In this document: piece after piece, positions 8,203 to 16,220 of the stretch
How the letters are laid out: each line of letters opens with the position of its first letter
How positions within the stretch are numbered: position 1 is the stretch's first letter
Origin: Eubacteriales bacterium
GTDB lineage: Bacteria; Bacillota; Clostridia; Oscillospirales; CAG-272
DNA length: 46,541 nt
Direction: 5' to 3'
Assembly: GCA_045536155.1 (NCBI GenBank)
Contig: JAZSMZ010000050.1
Location: forward strand, 1-46,541
Notes under the pieces: model-generated
Told to the model about the DNA's origin: nothing
Databases searched by the model: none
The model's input: the letters and a program-made list of their open reading frames with translations, nothing else
Position numbers and translations under genes: made by a program

Positions 8203-9576
8203 TTAACGGCACTTGTCCGAGATCTGCCTTGCAACGTAAACGCCGCTTGCCGACGCATGGGAGAGCGAATGGGTGATTCCGCTTCCGTCGCCGATGATGT
8301 AAAGACCGTCGTATTTTGTTTCAAGATTTTCGTTGACCTTGACTTCCATATTGTAGAACTTGACCTCGACGCCGTAAAGGAGAGTGTCGTCATTTGCGGT
8401 ACCGGGAGCGATCTTGTCAAGGGCGTAGATCATTTCGATAATACCGTCGAGAATGCGCTTGGGCAGAACAAGGCTGAGGTCACCCGGAGTTGCATTGAGG
8501 GTGGGTACTACGAACGATTCCTCAATTCTCTTTACGGTTGAGCGCTGACCGCGTATAAGGTCGCCGAATCGCTGGACGATAACACCGCCGCCCAGCATGT
8601 TGCACAGCCGCGCGATCGATTCGTCGTAGCTGTTGGAGTGCTTGAAGGGCTCGGAAAAATGCTTTGCCACGAGAAGTGCAAAGTTGGTGTTGTTCGTCTG
8701 CTTTGAAGGATCCTCATAGCTGTGTCCGTTAACGGGTATAATGCCGTTGGTGTTTTCGTTTACCACCGCACCCTTGGGATTCATGCAGAAGGTGCGGACC
8801 TTGTCGCCGTATTGGGGAGTACGGTAAACGATCTTGCTTTCATAAAGCTCGTCGGTCAGATGGGAGAATACCTCGCTCGGCAGCTCAACGCGAACGCCGA
8901 TGTCCACACGGCTCGATTCGGTGGGGATATCGAGATCGGAGCAAACCGACTCCATCCACTTACTGCCGCTTCGTCCGACCGAAATGATGCACTTGTCGGC
9001 GGTGTATTCCTTTTCAAGCGAGAAAATTTTGTATTTTCCGTCCTCGTAGCTGATCTTGTCAACGGGAGAATTGAAGAAAAAATCCACCTTGTCGCGAAGA
9101 TGCTCGTAGATATTTTCGAGCACGACGTAGTTTATATCGGTGCCGAGATGGCGGACCGAGGCATCGAGCAGGTGAAGATCGTTTTGCATGCAGATCTTTT
9201 TAAACTTACTGCCCGCGGTCGAATAAAGCTTTGTGCCCTCTCCGCCGTGAAGCATGTTGATGTCGTCAACGTATTTCATAAGATCGATGGCCTGCTGCTT
9301 GCCGATGTATTGGTAAAGCGTGCCGCCAAAGTCGTTTGTAATGTTGTATTTGCCGTCGGAGAAAGCACCGGCACCGCCAAAGCCACTCATGATGGAGCAG
9401 GTCTTGCACTCGATGCACGATTTTATCTTTTTGCCGTCGATGGGGCATTTGCGCTTGTTTAAGGCGTTGCCCGATTCAAAAACAGCTATTTTGAGCTGGG
9501 GAGCAAGCTTTGAAAGCTCGTAAGCGGAGAAAATGCCGCCTGGTCCCGCTCCTATTATAAGTACGTCGTAATTCAT
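8203..9576 (-). CDS. FAD-dependent oxidoreductase (COG2509-type uncharacterised FAD protein)
   Basis: N-terminal dinucleotide-binding motif YDVLIIGAGPGGIFSAYEL, Cys cluster KRKCPIDGKKIKSCIECKTCSIMSGFGGAGAFSDGKYN, C-terminal GLYIIGDGSGITHSL. RBS GGAGG. Confidence 0.8.
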   Translation of the reverse strand: MNYDVLIIGAGPGGIFSAYELSKLAPQLKIAVFESGNALNKRKCPIDGKKIKSCIECKTCSIMSGFGGAGAFSDGKYNITNDFGGTLYQYIGKQQAIDLMKYVDDINMLHGGEGTKLYSTAGSKFKKICMQNDLHLLDASVRHLGTDINYVVLENIYEHLRDKVDFFFNSPVDKISYEDGKYKIFSLEKEYTADKCIISVGRSGSKWMESVCSDLDIPTESSRVDIGVRVELPSEVFSHLTDELYESKIVYRTPQYGDKVRTFCMNPKGAVVNENTNGIIPVNGHSYEDPSKQTNNTNFALLVAKHFSEPFKHSNSYDESIARLCNMLGGGVIVQRFGDLIRGQRSTVKRIEESFVVPTLNATPGDLSLVLPKRILDGIIEMIYALDKIAPGTANDDTLLYGVEVKFYNMEVKVNENLETKYDGLYIIGDGSGITHSLSHASASGVYVARQISDKCR

Positions 9577-9604
9577 AACTCAACCTCCAAATATTCGGAA
9601 TTTG

Positions 9605-10510
9605 TCATACAGGCTCGGATGTGTGAGGAGCCTTCGATATTCTCGGCTCGGCGCCCGTCAGATGGGAAAGATCGCGGTATTCGGCGATCGTGGGATCGTT
9701 GAATATCTTGGCAGGGATCTGCGATGTCCAGCCCTGCTCGTCGATCGCGGGAAGGTCGATTCCGAGCGCATACAAAACGATTGCGGCAAGATCGCGGATG
9801 TTCATCTCTTCGATTTCGCTCTTGCTTATTCCCTTGCCCTTCGCGGCGAAGGTGACGTATTTTTCGGCATCGGTCCAGCCGCCGTGTGCGCGGTTGATTC
9901 CGCCGTGGTCGGATATGGCGATAAAGAGGGTATCGTCAAGTATGCCCGCTTCCTTTGCGGCTTCGTGAATGTCATGAAGATAGTTGTCAAGTACGTTAAT
10001 TCTGTTGAGATGCTCAGTAGTTCCGTAGTCAAAGGTGTGACCCGCGCCGTCAACGCTGTCCATCTGAACGAAAAGGAAGGTGGGCTTTGCTTCCTTTATG
10101 TAATTGCATATTCTGGGAGTGAGGGCGGTATCTCTGTCGGTGTCCTGATCCACTCCCGCGTTGCTTTCAACGATACCGAAGGTGATGGGATTCCAGTCGC
10201 AGTACGATCCCAGACGTGCCTCGGGTATTGCCTCGCGGATACGGCGGAAAAGAGAGGGGAAGGGGGAATCGAGAGGATATTGCTGCTGCATAATAAGGCC
10301 GTTGTTCAGCTTATGAACCTCGGGGCCCACACCCAAAAGCATTGATCCCCAGCATTCCGCGCTGATCGTAGGATTTGACGACAGCGCCTTATATGTGACG
10401 GCGCTTTCTGCAAAAATACGGTCGAAATGAGGAGTAACGGCATTTTTTATAAATGAACCCGCACCGTCGATACCGACAACGATTACGTGGGAATACTTTT
10501 TATCTGACAT
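9605..10510 (-). CDS. Alkaline phosphatase superfamily protein (type I phosphodiesterase / nucleotide pyrophosphatase-like)
   Basis: VIVVGIDGAGSF, MDSVDGAGHTFDYG and IAISDHGG match the metal-binding motifs of the PF01663-type fold. RBS GGAGGG. Confidence 0.75.
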   Translation of the reverse strand: MSDKKYSHVIVVGIDGAGSFIKNAVTPHFDRIFAESAVTYKALSSNPTISAECWGSMLLGVGPEVHKLNNGLIMQQQYPLDSPFPSLFRRIREAIPEARLGSYCDWNPITFGIVESNAGVDQDTDRDTALTPRICNYIKEAKPTFLFVQMDSVDGAGHTFDYGTTEHLNRINVLDNYLHDIHEAAKEAGILDDTLFIAISDHGGINRAHGGWTDAEKYVTFAAKGKGISKSEIEEMNIRDLAAIVLYALGIDLPAIDEQGWTSQIPAKIFNDPTIAEYRDLSHLTGAEPRISKAPHTSEPV

Positions 10511-10579
10511 GATACCCTCCGTTGATGTGTTGATTTATTGTTAAAACAAGGATTGGATTTTTATTTGATGTATGACTGT

Positions 10580-10608
10580 ATTATATCATATCCGTGAGGA
10601 AATTACAA
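10580..10608 (-). promoter_or_regulatory. Promoter of the phosphodiesterase/FAD operon
   Basis: Minus strand TTGTAA (10608..10603), 17-nt spacer, TGATATAAT (TATAAT = 10585..10580). Confidence 0.6.
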
Positions 10609-10684
10609 TAAAACTGAGAAAAATAATGTGTAATAAATGAAGGGAAGGTTACTGGCTCCCCTTCGAATCCTTCCATTTTCAAGT

Positions 10685-10725
10685 CAAAACAAAAACAGAC
10701 ACCTTCGGTGTCCGTTTTCGTTTTG
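10685..10725 (-). terminator. Terminator after the AT-rich membrane gene (copy A of a duplicated terminator)
   Basis: CAAAACAAAAACAGACACCTTCGGTGTCCGTTTTCGTTTTG. On the minus strand: a GGACACC/GGTGTC(T/C) stem followed by a T-run. About 95% identical to 11557-11598. Confidence 0.7.
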
Positions 10726-10751
10726 AGATGTGTTGACAAAAAAGATGCCAC

Positions 10752-11321
10752 TTATTTTTCTTTAACAAATCTTATAGATGTACACCAAAGTGCCATGTAA
10801 AACGCTATTCCAGAAAGGACATTAACCAAAAGATTGCCGCCACCTATCACATTCAGCAAATCAACCAAAGTGCCTTGCTGGGCAACTTGATTCATAGCAT
10901 TGAAAAATGCAAATGACTGTAATCCTTCCAGTACGGAATATATTACGATGGAAGAAACCGTCGGTATGCCCGTAATCAATGAGAAAGAAATTTTTTCTTT
11001 GCTTATCCATGAATTAGCAAGTATAAACAAACCGAAATAAACACAGGTCTGTACAAGCGAAGTCAGAATGCTCGTAAGCAGTGTTGCCATAAACGAGGTC
11101 GTAAACGTTGCATAAACAAATTCAAAGACAGGCAATCCAACAAGACCAAGCAACAAAACAATAATAATTCCGAAAGCTTTTTTGCCCTTCATGCCGATAA
11201 CAAACGAACAAAGGCAAAAAGCCAAATACGGAATAATGATGGAAATACTAGATATGCATCGCAAAATTGCCGATATTAAGCATATAATGCCGAGAATTAT
11301 ATGTCTTTTAGATATTTTCAT
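10752..11321 (-). CDS. Hypothetical multi-pass membrane protein (AT-rich orphan)
   Basis: 189 aa with about 6 hydrophobic segments. ATG preceded by GGCGGTGGATAT. AT-rich. I recognise no family. Confidence 0.6.
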   Translation of the reverse strand: MKISKRHIILGIICLISAILRCISSISIIIPYLAFCLCSFVIGMKGKKAFGIIIVLLLGLVGLPVFEFVYATFTTSFMATLLTSILTSLVQTCVYFGLFILANSWISKEKISFSLITGIPTVSSIVIYSVLEGLQSFAFFNAMNQVAQQGTLVDLLNVIGGGNLLVNVLSGIAFYMALWCTSIRFVKEK

Positions 11322-11374
11322 ATATCCACCGCCTTTTTGGTTTTATTATATCACACTTTGGGCTGTTTGTAAAG

Positions 11375-11546
11375 AGTGATGTTGCAACTTCGTCGCAATG
11401 ATGTAGTGCCAACGCACAGTGATGTATTGCACCTGCGGTGCAAAGTGATGTGATGTGTTCCTTACTCACGCGCGAAGCGCACATCATTTCCGAAGGAAAC
11501 ATCACGCACGAAGTGCGCATCACGTTCCGTGCAAGCGGAACACATC
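11375..11546. repeat. Array of seven mini-hairpins separated by GTGATGT / ACATCAC spacers
   Basis: Hairpins at 11382-11398, 11406-11417, 11427-11443, 11470-11480 (GCGC-GAA-GCGC), 11487-11499 (TTTCC-GAA-GGAAA), 11506-11516 (GCAC-GAA-GTGC) and 11524-11541 (GNRA-type loop). Left-half spacers GTGATGT are the reverse complement of right-half spacers ACATCAC. Confidence 0.7.
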
Positions 11547-11556
11547 GTTCCAAAAG

Positions 11557-11596
11557 CAAAACAAAAACGGACACCTTTCGGTGTCCGTTTTCGTTT
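11557..11596 (-). terminator. Terminator of tRNA-Pro (copy B of the duplicated terminator)
   Basis: Minus strand AAAACGGACACC-GAAA-GGTGTCCGTTTTTGTTTTG, immediately 3' of the tRNA CCA end. Confidence 0.8.
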
Positions 11597-11673
11597 TGGT
11601 CGAGATGACAGGATTCGAACCTGCGGCTTCTACGTCCCGAACGTAGCGCTCTACCAAACTGAGCCACATCTCG
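11597..11673 (-). tRNA. tRNA-Pro (anticodon CGG), CCA encoded
   Basis: Hand-folded cloverleaf: CGAGATG TG GCTC AGTTTGGTA GAGC G CTACG TTCGGGA CGTAG AAGCC GCAGG TTCGAAT CCTGT CATCTCG A CCA. 77 nt; anticodon loop TT-CGG-GA. Confidence 0.88.
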
Positions 11674-11690
11674 ATATGATTAACATTGGT

Positions 11691-11719
11691 ATTATACCAT
11701 TAACCCTCTCTTTTGTCAA
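11691..11719 (-). promoter_or_regulatory. Promoter of tRNA-Pro
   Basis: Minus strand TTGACA (11719..11714), 17-nt spacer, TATAAT (11696..11691), about 17 nt upstream of the mature tRNA 5' end. Confidence 0.75.
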
Positions 11720-11744
11720 GGGATTTTATTCAAAATTATCTGCG

Positions 11745-11789
11745 CAGAAAAACAGGGCAGGCGGTGCTTTTAGTTGCACTGTCTGCCCT
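11745..11789 (-). terminator. Terminator after folD
   Basis: AGGGCAG (11754-11760) / CTGCCCT (11783-11789) with inner GTGC/GCAC pairing. The minus strand continues TGTTTTTCTG. Confidence 0.6.
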
Positions 11790-11798
11790 TATCATCAA

Positions 11799-12644
11799 TT
11801 ATTTTTCGGCGTCTGAGGCCAATTTTGCGGTGATGGTGTTGCGCAACAGCATGGTAATTGTCATAGGTCCTACGCCGCCGGGAACGGGTGTTATATACGA
11901 TGCCTTAGGCTCGACCGACTTAAAATCAACGTCGCCCGTCAGCTTGCCTTCGGCGTTGCGGTTCATGCCGACGTCAATTACAACTGCACCCTCTTTAACC
12001 ATATCGCCCGTGATGAAATCTGCCTTGCCGATGGCAACGACGAGTATATCGGCGCGGCGGGTGACCTCGGCGAGATCGCGGGTTTTTGAATGACAAACGG
12101 TAACAGTTCCGTTAGCGCCGAGCAGCAGCATAGCCATCGGCTTGCCAACGATGTTGGAACGTCCGACAACCACGCATTCCTTGCCCGAAATGTCGATGCC
12201 GCTTCTTTCGAGCAGCACCATGATTCCTGCGGGAGTGCAGGGCAAAAAGGAATGATTTCCTATCATTATCTTGCCTACGTTTACCTCGGCAAATGCATCA
12301 ACATCCTTTCTCGGATCTATCGCGGCGATAACCGCCTTGTCGTCGAGATGACGGGGGAGGGGAAGCTGGACGAGGATTCCGTGGATCTTCTCGTCGCCGT
12401 TGAGCTTATTTACAAGGTCAATAAGCTCTTGTTGAGTGGTGCTTTCGGGCAGCTCATGGACCTCGGAATAAAAACCGACCTGCTCGCAGCCCTTCTTTTT
12501 GTTTTTTACATATGTTTTGGAGGCGGGATCGTTGCCCACAATGATAACTGCCAAGCCCGGCTTTGTTTCCATCGCCGCAACTTCTGCCTTCATCTCCTCG
12601 CGTACCGATGCCGATATCGCCTTGCCGTCAATCAAAATTGCCAT
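11799..12644 (-). CDS. folD: Bifunctional methylenetetrahydrofolate dehydrogenase / methenyl-THF cyclohydrolase
   Basis: GLAVIIVGNDPASKTYVKNKKK, HGILVQLPLP, PCTPAGIM, VVVGRSNIVGKPMAMLL, TPVPGGVGPMT. Full length, 281 aa. Confidence 0.93.
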   Translation of the reverse strand: MAILIDGKAISASVREEMKAEVAAMETKPGLAVIIVGNDPASKTYVKNKKKGCEQVGFYSEVHELPESTTQQELIDLVNKLNGDEKIHGILVQLPLPRHLDDKAVIAAIDPRKDVDAFAEVNVGKIMIGNHSFLPCTPAGIMVLLERSGIDISGKECVVVGRSNIVGKPMAMLLLGANGTVTVCHSKTRDLAEVTRRADILVVAIGKADFITGDMVKEGAVVIDVGMNRNAEGKLTGDVDFKSVEPKASYITPVPGGVGPMTITMLLRNTITAKLASDAEK

Positions 12645-12668
12645 TGTATTGTCCTCTTATAGATAAAA

Positions 12669-13526
12669 TTATTCTTCGGTATTGTTTTCAACTGCTTCTT
12701 CTGCCTTTTTGCCCTTTTTCGCAAGTGTGCCGAAAACGACCAAAAGCACGATTCCAATGATACAGCTTACGAATGCGAGAAGCTGGGATATACGGATACT
12801 GCCCACCATAAGGCTGTCGGTGCGAAGTCCTTCGATGAACATACGGCCGAATCCGTACCATACGACGTACATAAGGCAGACCTGACCGTCGAATTTCTTT
12901 TTCTTGTAAAGGCTATGGATTATAACGAAGCCTACGAGATTCCAAAGCGACTCGTAAAGGAAGGTGGGATGTACGTAGATGGGGGTAAGATACGTCTTAT
13001 AGCCGATCTGATGAATGCCCATGCGCCAGGGCAGGGTGGTTTCTGATCCAAATGCCTCGGCGTTCATAAAATTGCCCCAACGGCCGAGGATCTGGCCGAT
13101 CATGCAGGAGGGTGCTACGATGTCGAGCATCTTTGCGATATTGAATTTTTTCACGAGCGACACGCCGATGATGGCGAGGACTCCGCCGATAACGCCGCCG
13201 TAGATGGCAAGTCCGCCGTTCCAGATAGCGATGGCATCGTAGAATGTGTTATAATTTTCGATCTTCATCAGAACGTAGTACGCTCTCGCGCCGATAACGC
13301 CGCAGACGATGATGAAAATGGCGTAATCGAGCAGGTCGTCCGACGAGATCTTTTCAAACTTTGCGCGTGATGACGCGTAAAGGAAAGCGAGGATCATGCC
13401 GAGAGTGATGATTATGCCGTACCATGCGATGTCACGTCCGAAGACAGTGAAGGCAACGGGCGAGATCTGAAATTCGCCTATGCCAAGGCCGGGGAAAGAG
13501 AGAATATTATAATCGGGATTTCCCAT
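12669..13526 (-). CDS. lgt: Prolipoprotein diacylglyceryl transferase
   Basis: IAWYGIIITLGMILA, GGLAIYGGVIGG, GRWGNFMNAEAFG, HPTFLYESLWN and GLRTDSL are Lgt signatures. Confidence 0.92.
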   Translation of the reverse strand: MGNPDYNILSFPGLGIGEFQISPVAFTVFGRDIAWYGIIITLGMILAFLYASSRAKFEKISSDDLLDYAIFIIVCGVIGARAYYVLMKIENYNTFYDAIAIWNGGLAIYGGVIGGVLAIIGVSLVKKFNIAKMLDIVAPSCMIGQILGRWGNFMNAEAFGSETTLPWRMGIHQIGYKTYLTPIYVHPTFLYESLWNLVGFVIIHSLYKKKKFDGQVCLMYVVWYGFGRMFIEGLRTDSLMVGSIRISQLLAFVSCIIGIVLLVVFGTLAKKGKKAEEAVENNTEE

Positions 13527-13546
13527 ATCGTTAAATCCTTTCTCTG

Positions 13547-14836
13547 TCAGTCGATGGGATAAACGGTGGAGAGTGCAAAGCGGTCTTCGAGGAAGATTCG
13601 CTTGAATGCATCTTCAACGTCCTCAAACGTTATCGAATTAAGCACCTCGCCGTATTCTAAAATGTCGCCGTCGTCGAAGATGAAGTCCAAAAATCCGTTC
13701 GCGATCGAATCGGTGCTGTCAAAGCCCTTGACGTAGTTGGCGTATGCCACTCTGAAGCAACGCTCGAAATCGTTTCTGTCAAGTCCGTTTTTGTGCAGCT
13801 TTTCAATCTGCTCTTTAAAGCGGCGGTATACCTCGTCGGGATCTCCCGACTCACCCGATATCGATATAAGCGAGAATTTTTTGGTGTGCTCGCCCCAATA
13901 TCCGAAGGCCTTCGATATAATTCCGTCGGTGTAAAGCGAGTTGTAAAGCTCGCTTGCGCGGTCAAAGAGCATATCGTTGAGGATCTCAAGACATCCGCGC
14001 ATCTTCATTCGCTCGCGCGGATCGTCGGAGATGTCGGTGATCTTTACGCCGATGTCGAAAAGGGGCTTTGCGACCTGCATTTTGCGGGTCGAGTAGGCTT
14101 TGTATACCGAGGGCTTTTCCTCGGCGTATTCGCTTATTGTGTCGTACTCGGGTGATTTTTTGAGGATCCTGTCGCACACCTCAAGCGTCTTTTCAACGTC
14201 AACGTCGCCGCACACGCAAAGCGACATATTGTTGAGGTTGTAGAAAATGTTGTAGCACTTGTATAAAAGCTCAGCCGTGATCTCGGAGATCGATTCAACC
14301 GTTCCGGCGATGTCAAGGCGTACGTTGTGCTTTTCGTAAAGGCATTTGAGCATATCGAAAAGCAGGCGGTTGCCGGGATTGTCCTCACCCATGCGTATCT
14401 CCTGACCGATGATGCCCTGCTCCTTTTGGACGGTCTCTTCGGTGAAATAGGGGTGAGTTACGAAATCGAGCAGTATCTCGAGCGATTCGTAAAAATTGTC
14501 GGTGGTGGAAAAGAGGTAGTTTGTCATGTTGAACGAGGTGTAGGCGTGGGCAGATGCGCCGGTGCGCGCATAGCGCAAAAAGGTGTCCTCGCCGTTCTCG
14601 TTTTCAAACATCTTGTGCTCCAAAAAGTGGGCAATTCCGTCGGGAACAACGGTAAAATCGCTGTCGGAGCGCGATTTGAACTTGTTGTCGAGCGAGCCGT
14701 AGCGCGTGCCGAAAAGAGCGTACGACGTGGAAAGAGCTTTCGGGAAAACGTAGACGTCGAGTCCGCTTTCATGCTTTATATAGTAGTATTTTTCGCCCAC
14801 AAGAGCGCTTTCTTTAACTTTTACGTTGTTTTTCAT
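13547..14836 (-). CDS. M16 family (pitrilysin-like) zinc peptidase, active-site subunit
   Basis: Inverted zinc motif HFLEH (GIAHFLEHKMFE) is present. Start taken at MKNNVKV (ATG 14836, RBS GGAGGG), 5 nt after the upstream stop. Confidence 0.8.
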   Translation of the reverse strand: MKNNVKVKESALVGEKYYYIKHESGLDVYVFPKALSTSYALFGTRYGSLDNKFKSRSDSDFTVVPDGIAHFLEHKMFENENGEDTFLRYARTGASAHAYTSFNMTNYLFSTTDNFYESLEILLDFVTHPYFTEETVQKEQGIIGQEIRMGEDNPGNRLLFDMLKCLYEKHNVRLDIAGTVESISEITAELLYKCYNIFYNLNNMSLCVCGDVDVEKTLEVCDRILKKSPEYDTISEYAEEKPSVYKAYSTRKMQVAKPLFDIGVKITDISDDPRERMKMRGCLEILNDMLFDRASELYNSLYTDGIISKAFGYWGEHTKKFSLISISGESGDPDEVYRRFKEQIEKLHKNGLDRNDFERCFRVAYANYVKGFDSTDSIANGFLDFIFDDGDILEYGEVLNSITFEDVEDAFKRIFLEDRFALSTVYPID

Positions 14837-14840
14837 AGTA

Positions 14841-16133
14841 TCAGCCCTCCTCGCTTTCGTTTTTGTCAAGAAGGGTACCCTTCATAAAGTATACGGTGTC
14901 GAGAGTGATGTTCTTTGCACATTCGATAACGTCGTCGACCGTTACCGCCATTACCTTCTCGGCAGTCTCTTCGGGAGAGGTGTCAAGGGAGGCATAGGCG
15001 CGGTTCATGTACCACGTTGCAATGGTGTCGGCGTTGTCCCCAATGCTCTTGTAACCGTTGATAAGCGACTTTTTGGCGGCGCTGAACTCCTCGTCGGTGA
15101 TCTTTCCCTGACAGATGTCGTCAAGCTGCGCAAGGATCTCGCTTTGAGCGAGGTCTTTTTTTGCAACCTCGATGCCCGAGGCAACCACCATGATGCCCTT
15201 CTGAGCATGGGGGATCGCCTGGCAGTAGTAGCAAAGGGAGAGCTTTTCGCGTACGTTCATAAAGAGCTTTGCCGCAGGTGAGCCGCCGAACAGCTCGCAG
15301 AAGGTGGCAAATATGTGATAATCGCCGTCGTCGAGGACTTTTCCCGTTCTGAATCCGATGGACAGCTTGCCCTGCGCGACAGGCTGCTCTTCGATAAACT
15401 CGCGCACGCTATCGGCACGTCTTATGACGTTTGTTTTCGGGATGGGTGCAGGAGTGTGGGCATAGGGGGTGAATATCTCGGCAAGCTTTCTTTCAAGTGC
15501 ATCGAAATCGCAATTTCCCACAAAGTATATCTCAACGGGCGCGGTTTTGATAAGAGTAAGATAGTGGCTGTAAAGGGACTCGGGGGTGATTGCCTCGGTG
15601 TTTTCGACCGATGCACTTGCGACCGAGTAAAGCTCGCCGCGGCACATCTCCTCGATGCATCGCACGTTGGCGTAAGCGCCCTTGTTGTTGATTATCGATT
15701 TTACCGCATCGATCTGATTTGCTTTTTCCTGATTTACGTAGTCTAAACGGAAAGCCCCGTTTTCAAGAAGGGGACTAAAAAGGATATCGCCGATAAGCTC
15801 GATCGTACCGCCGAGAATGTCGGTACCGTCGGTGACGTAGCGGTTATCAAGCATATTGGCACCTATCTTTACGATCTGCGCTTCGCCCAGCTTCGAGCTG
15901 CCCGCCCAGACGTTGGTGGAATAGAGCATATCGTAACGGCGCTGAAGAGAGGCGATGTCGGGATATTTTACGCATCCGCGCTTTAAAACTGCGGGAAGCA
16001 GAGTAGAGAGCGATGCCGTATTTTCGGCAAGAGGAGTAATAAAATTGATTGCAATATAGTTCGTTTTGAATTTGTCGGTTTCTATGATGCTTAAATTTAC
16101 GCCTTCGCATATCGGACGCTTTTGTAATTTCAT
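14841..16133 (-). CDS. M16 family peptidase-like protein lacking HxxEH (non-catalytic partner)
   Basis: M16 size and layout, tightly coupled to the downstream HxxEH subunit, with no HxxEH seen. Start taken at MKLQKRPI (ATG 16133); the track start at 16151 is a TTG. Confidence 0.7.
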   Translation of the reverse strand: MKLQKRPICEGVNLSIIETDKFKTNYIAINFITPLAENTASLSTLLPAVLKRGCVKYPDIASLQRRYDMLYSTNVWAGSSKLGEAQIVKIGANMLDNRYVTDGTDILGGTIELIGDILFSPLLENGAFRLDYVNQEKANQIDAVKSIINNKGAYANVRCIEEMCRGELYSVASASVENTEAITPESLYSHYLTLIKTAPVEIYFVGNCDFDALERKLAEIFTPYAHTPAPIPKTNVIRRADSVREFIEEQPVAQGKLSIGFRTGKVLDDGDYHIFATFCELFGGSPAAKLFMNVREKLSLCYYCQAIPHAQKGIMVVASGIEVAKKDLAQSEILAQLDDICQGKITDEEFSAAKKSLINGYKSIGDNADTIATWYMNRAYASLDTSPEETAEKVMAVTVDDVIECAKNITLDTVYFMKGTLLDKNESEEG

Positions 16134-16149
16134 TGCTTCTTGACCTTTC

Positions 16150-16208
16150 AAAAAAAAGTGATAGGGCGCAAATTAAAAGAATGGATCATAAAGATGTGCG
16201 CCCTTATC
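16150..16208 (-). terminator. Terminator after the giant glucan synthase gene
   Basis: GATAGGGCGCA (16160-16170) / TGCGCCCTTATC (16197-16208) with a large loop. The minus strand continues ACTTTTTTTTG. Confidence 0.6.
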
Positions 16209-16220
16209 ATTTTACACTAT

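Noticed and set aside
10621-10684. TTCGAATCC string suggesting a tRNA T-arm or tRNA fragment (GGCTCCCCTTCGAATCCTTCC)
   Set aside because: The flanking bases cannot form a T-stem on either strand, and no acceptor or anticodon arm can be drawn. It only forms a loose GGAAGG/CCTTCC hairpin.
11375-11546. Possible CRISPR array
   Set aside because: The repeating units are 7-nt spacers and unrelated 11-18-nt hairpins. There is no constant repeat of 20 nt or more, no regular spacer periodicity, and no cas genes in the window.
11308-11667. 119-aa ORF rich in His, Cys and Met
   Set aside because: It runs across the mini-hairpin array, the terminator and most of tRNA-Pro. It is an artefact of translating repeats and RNA genes.
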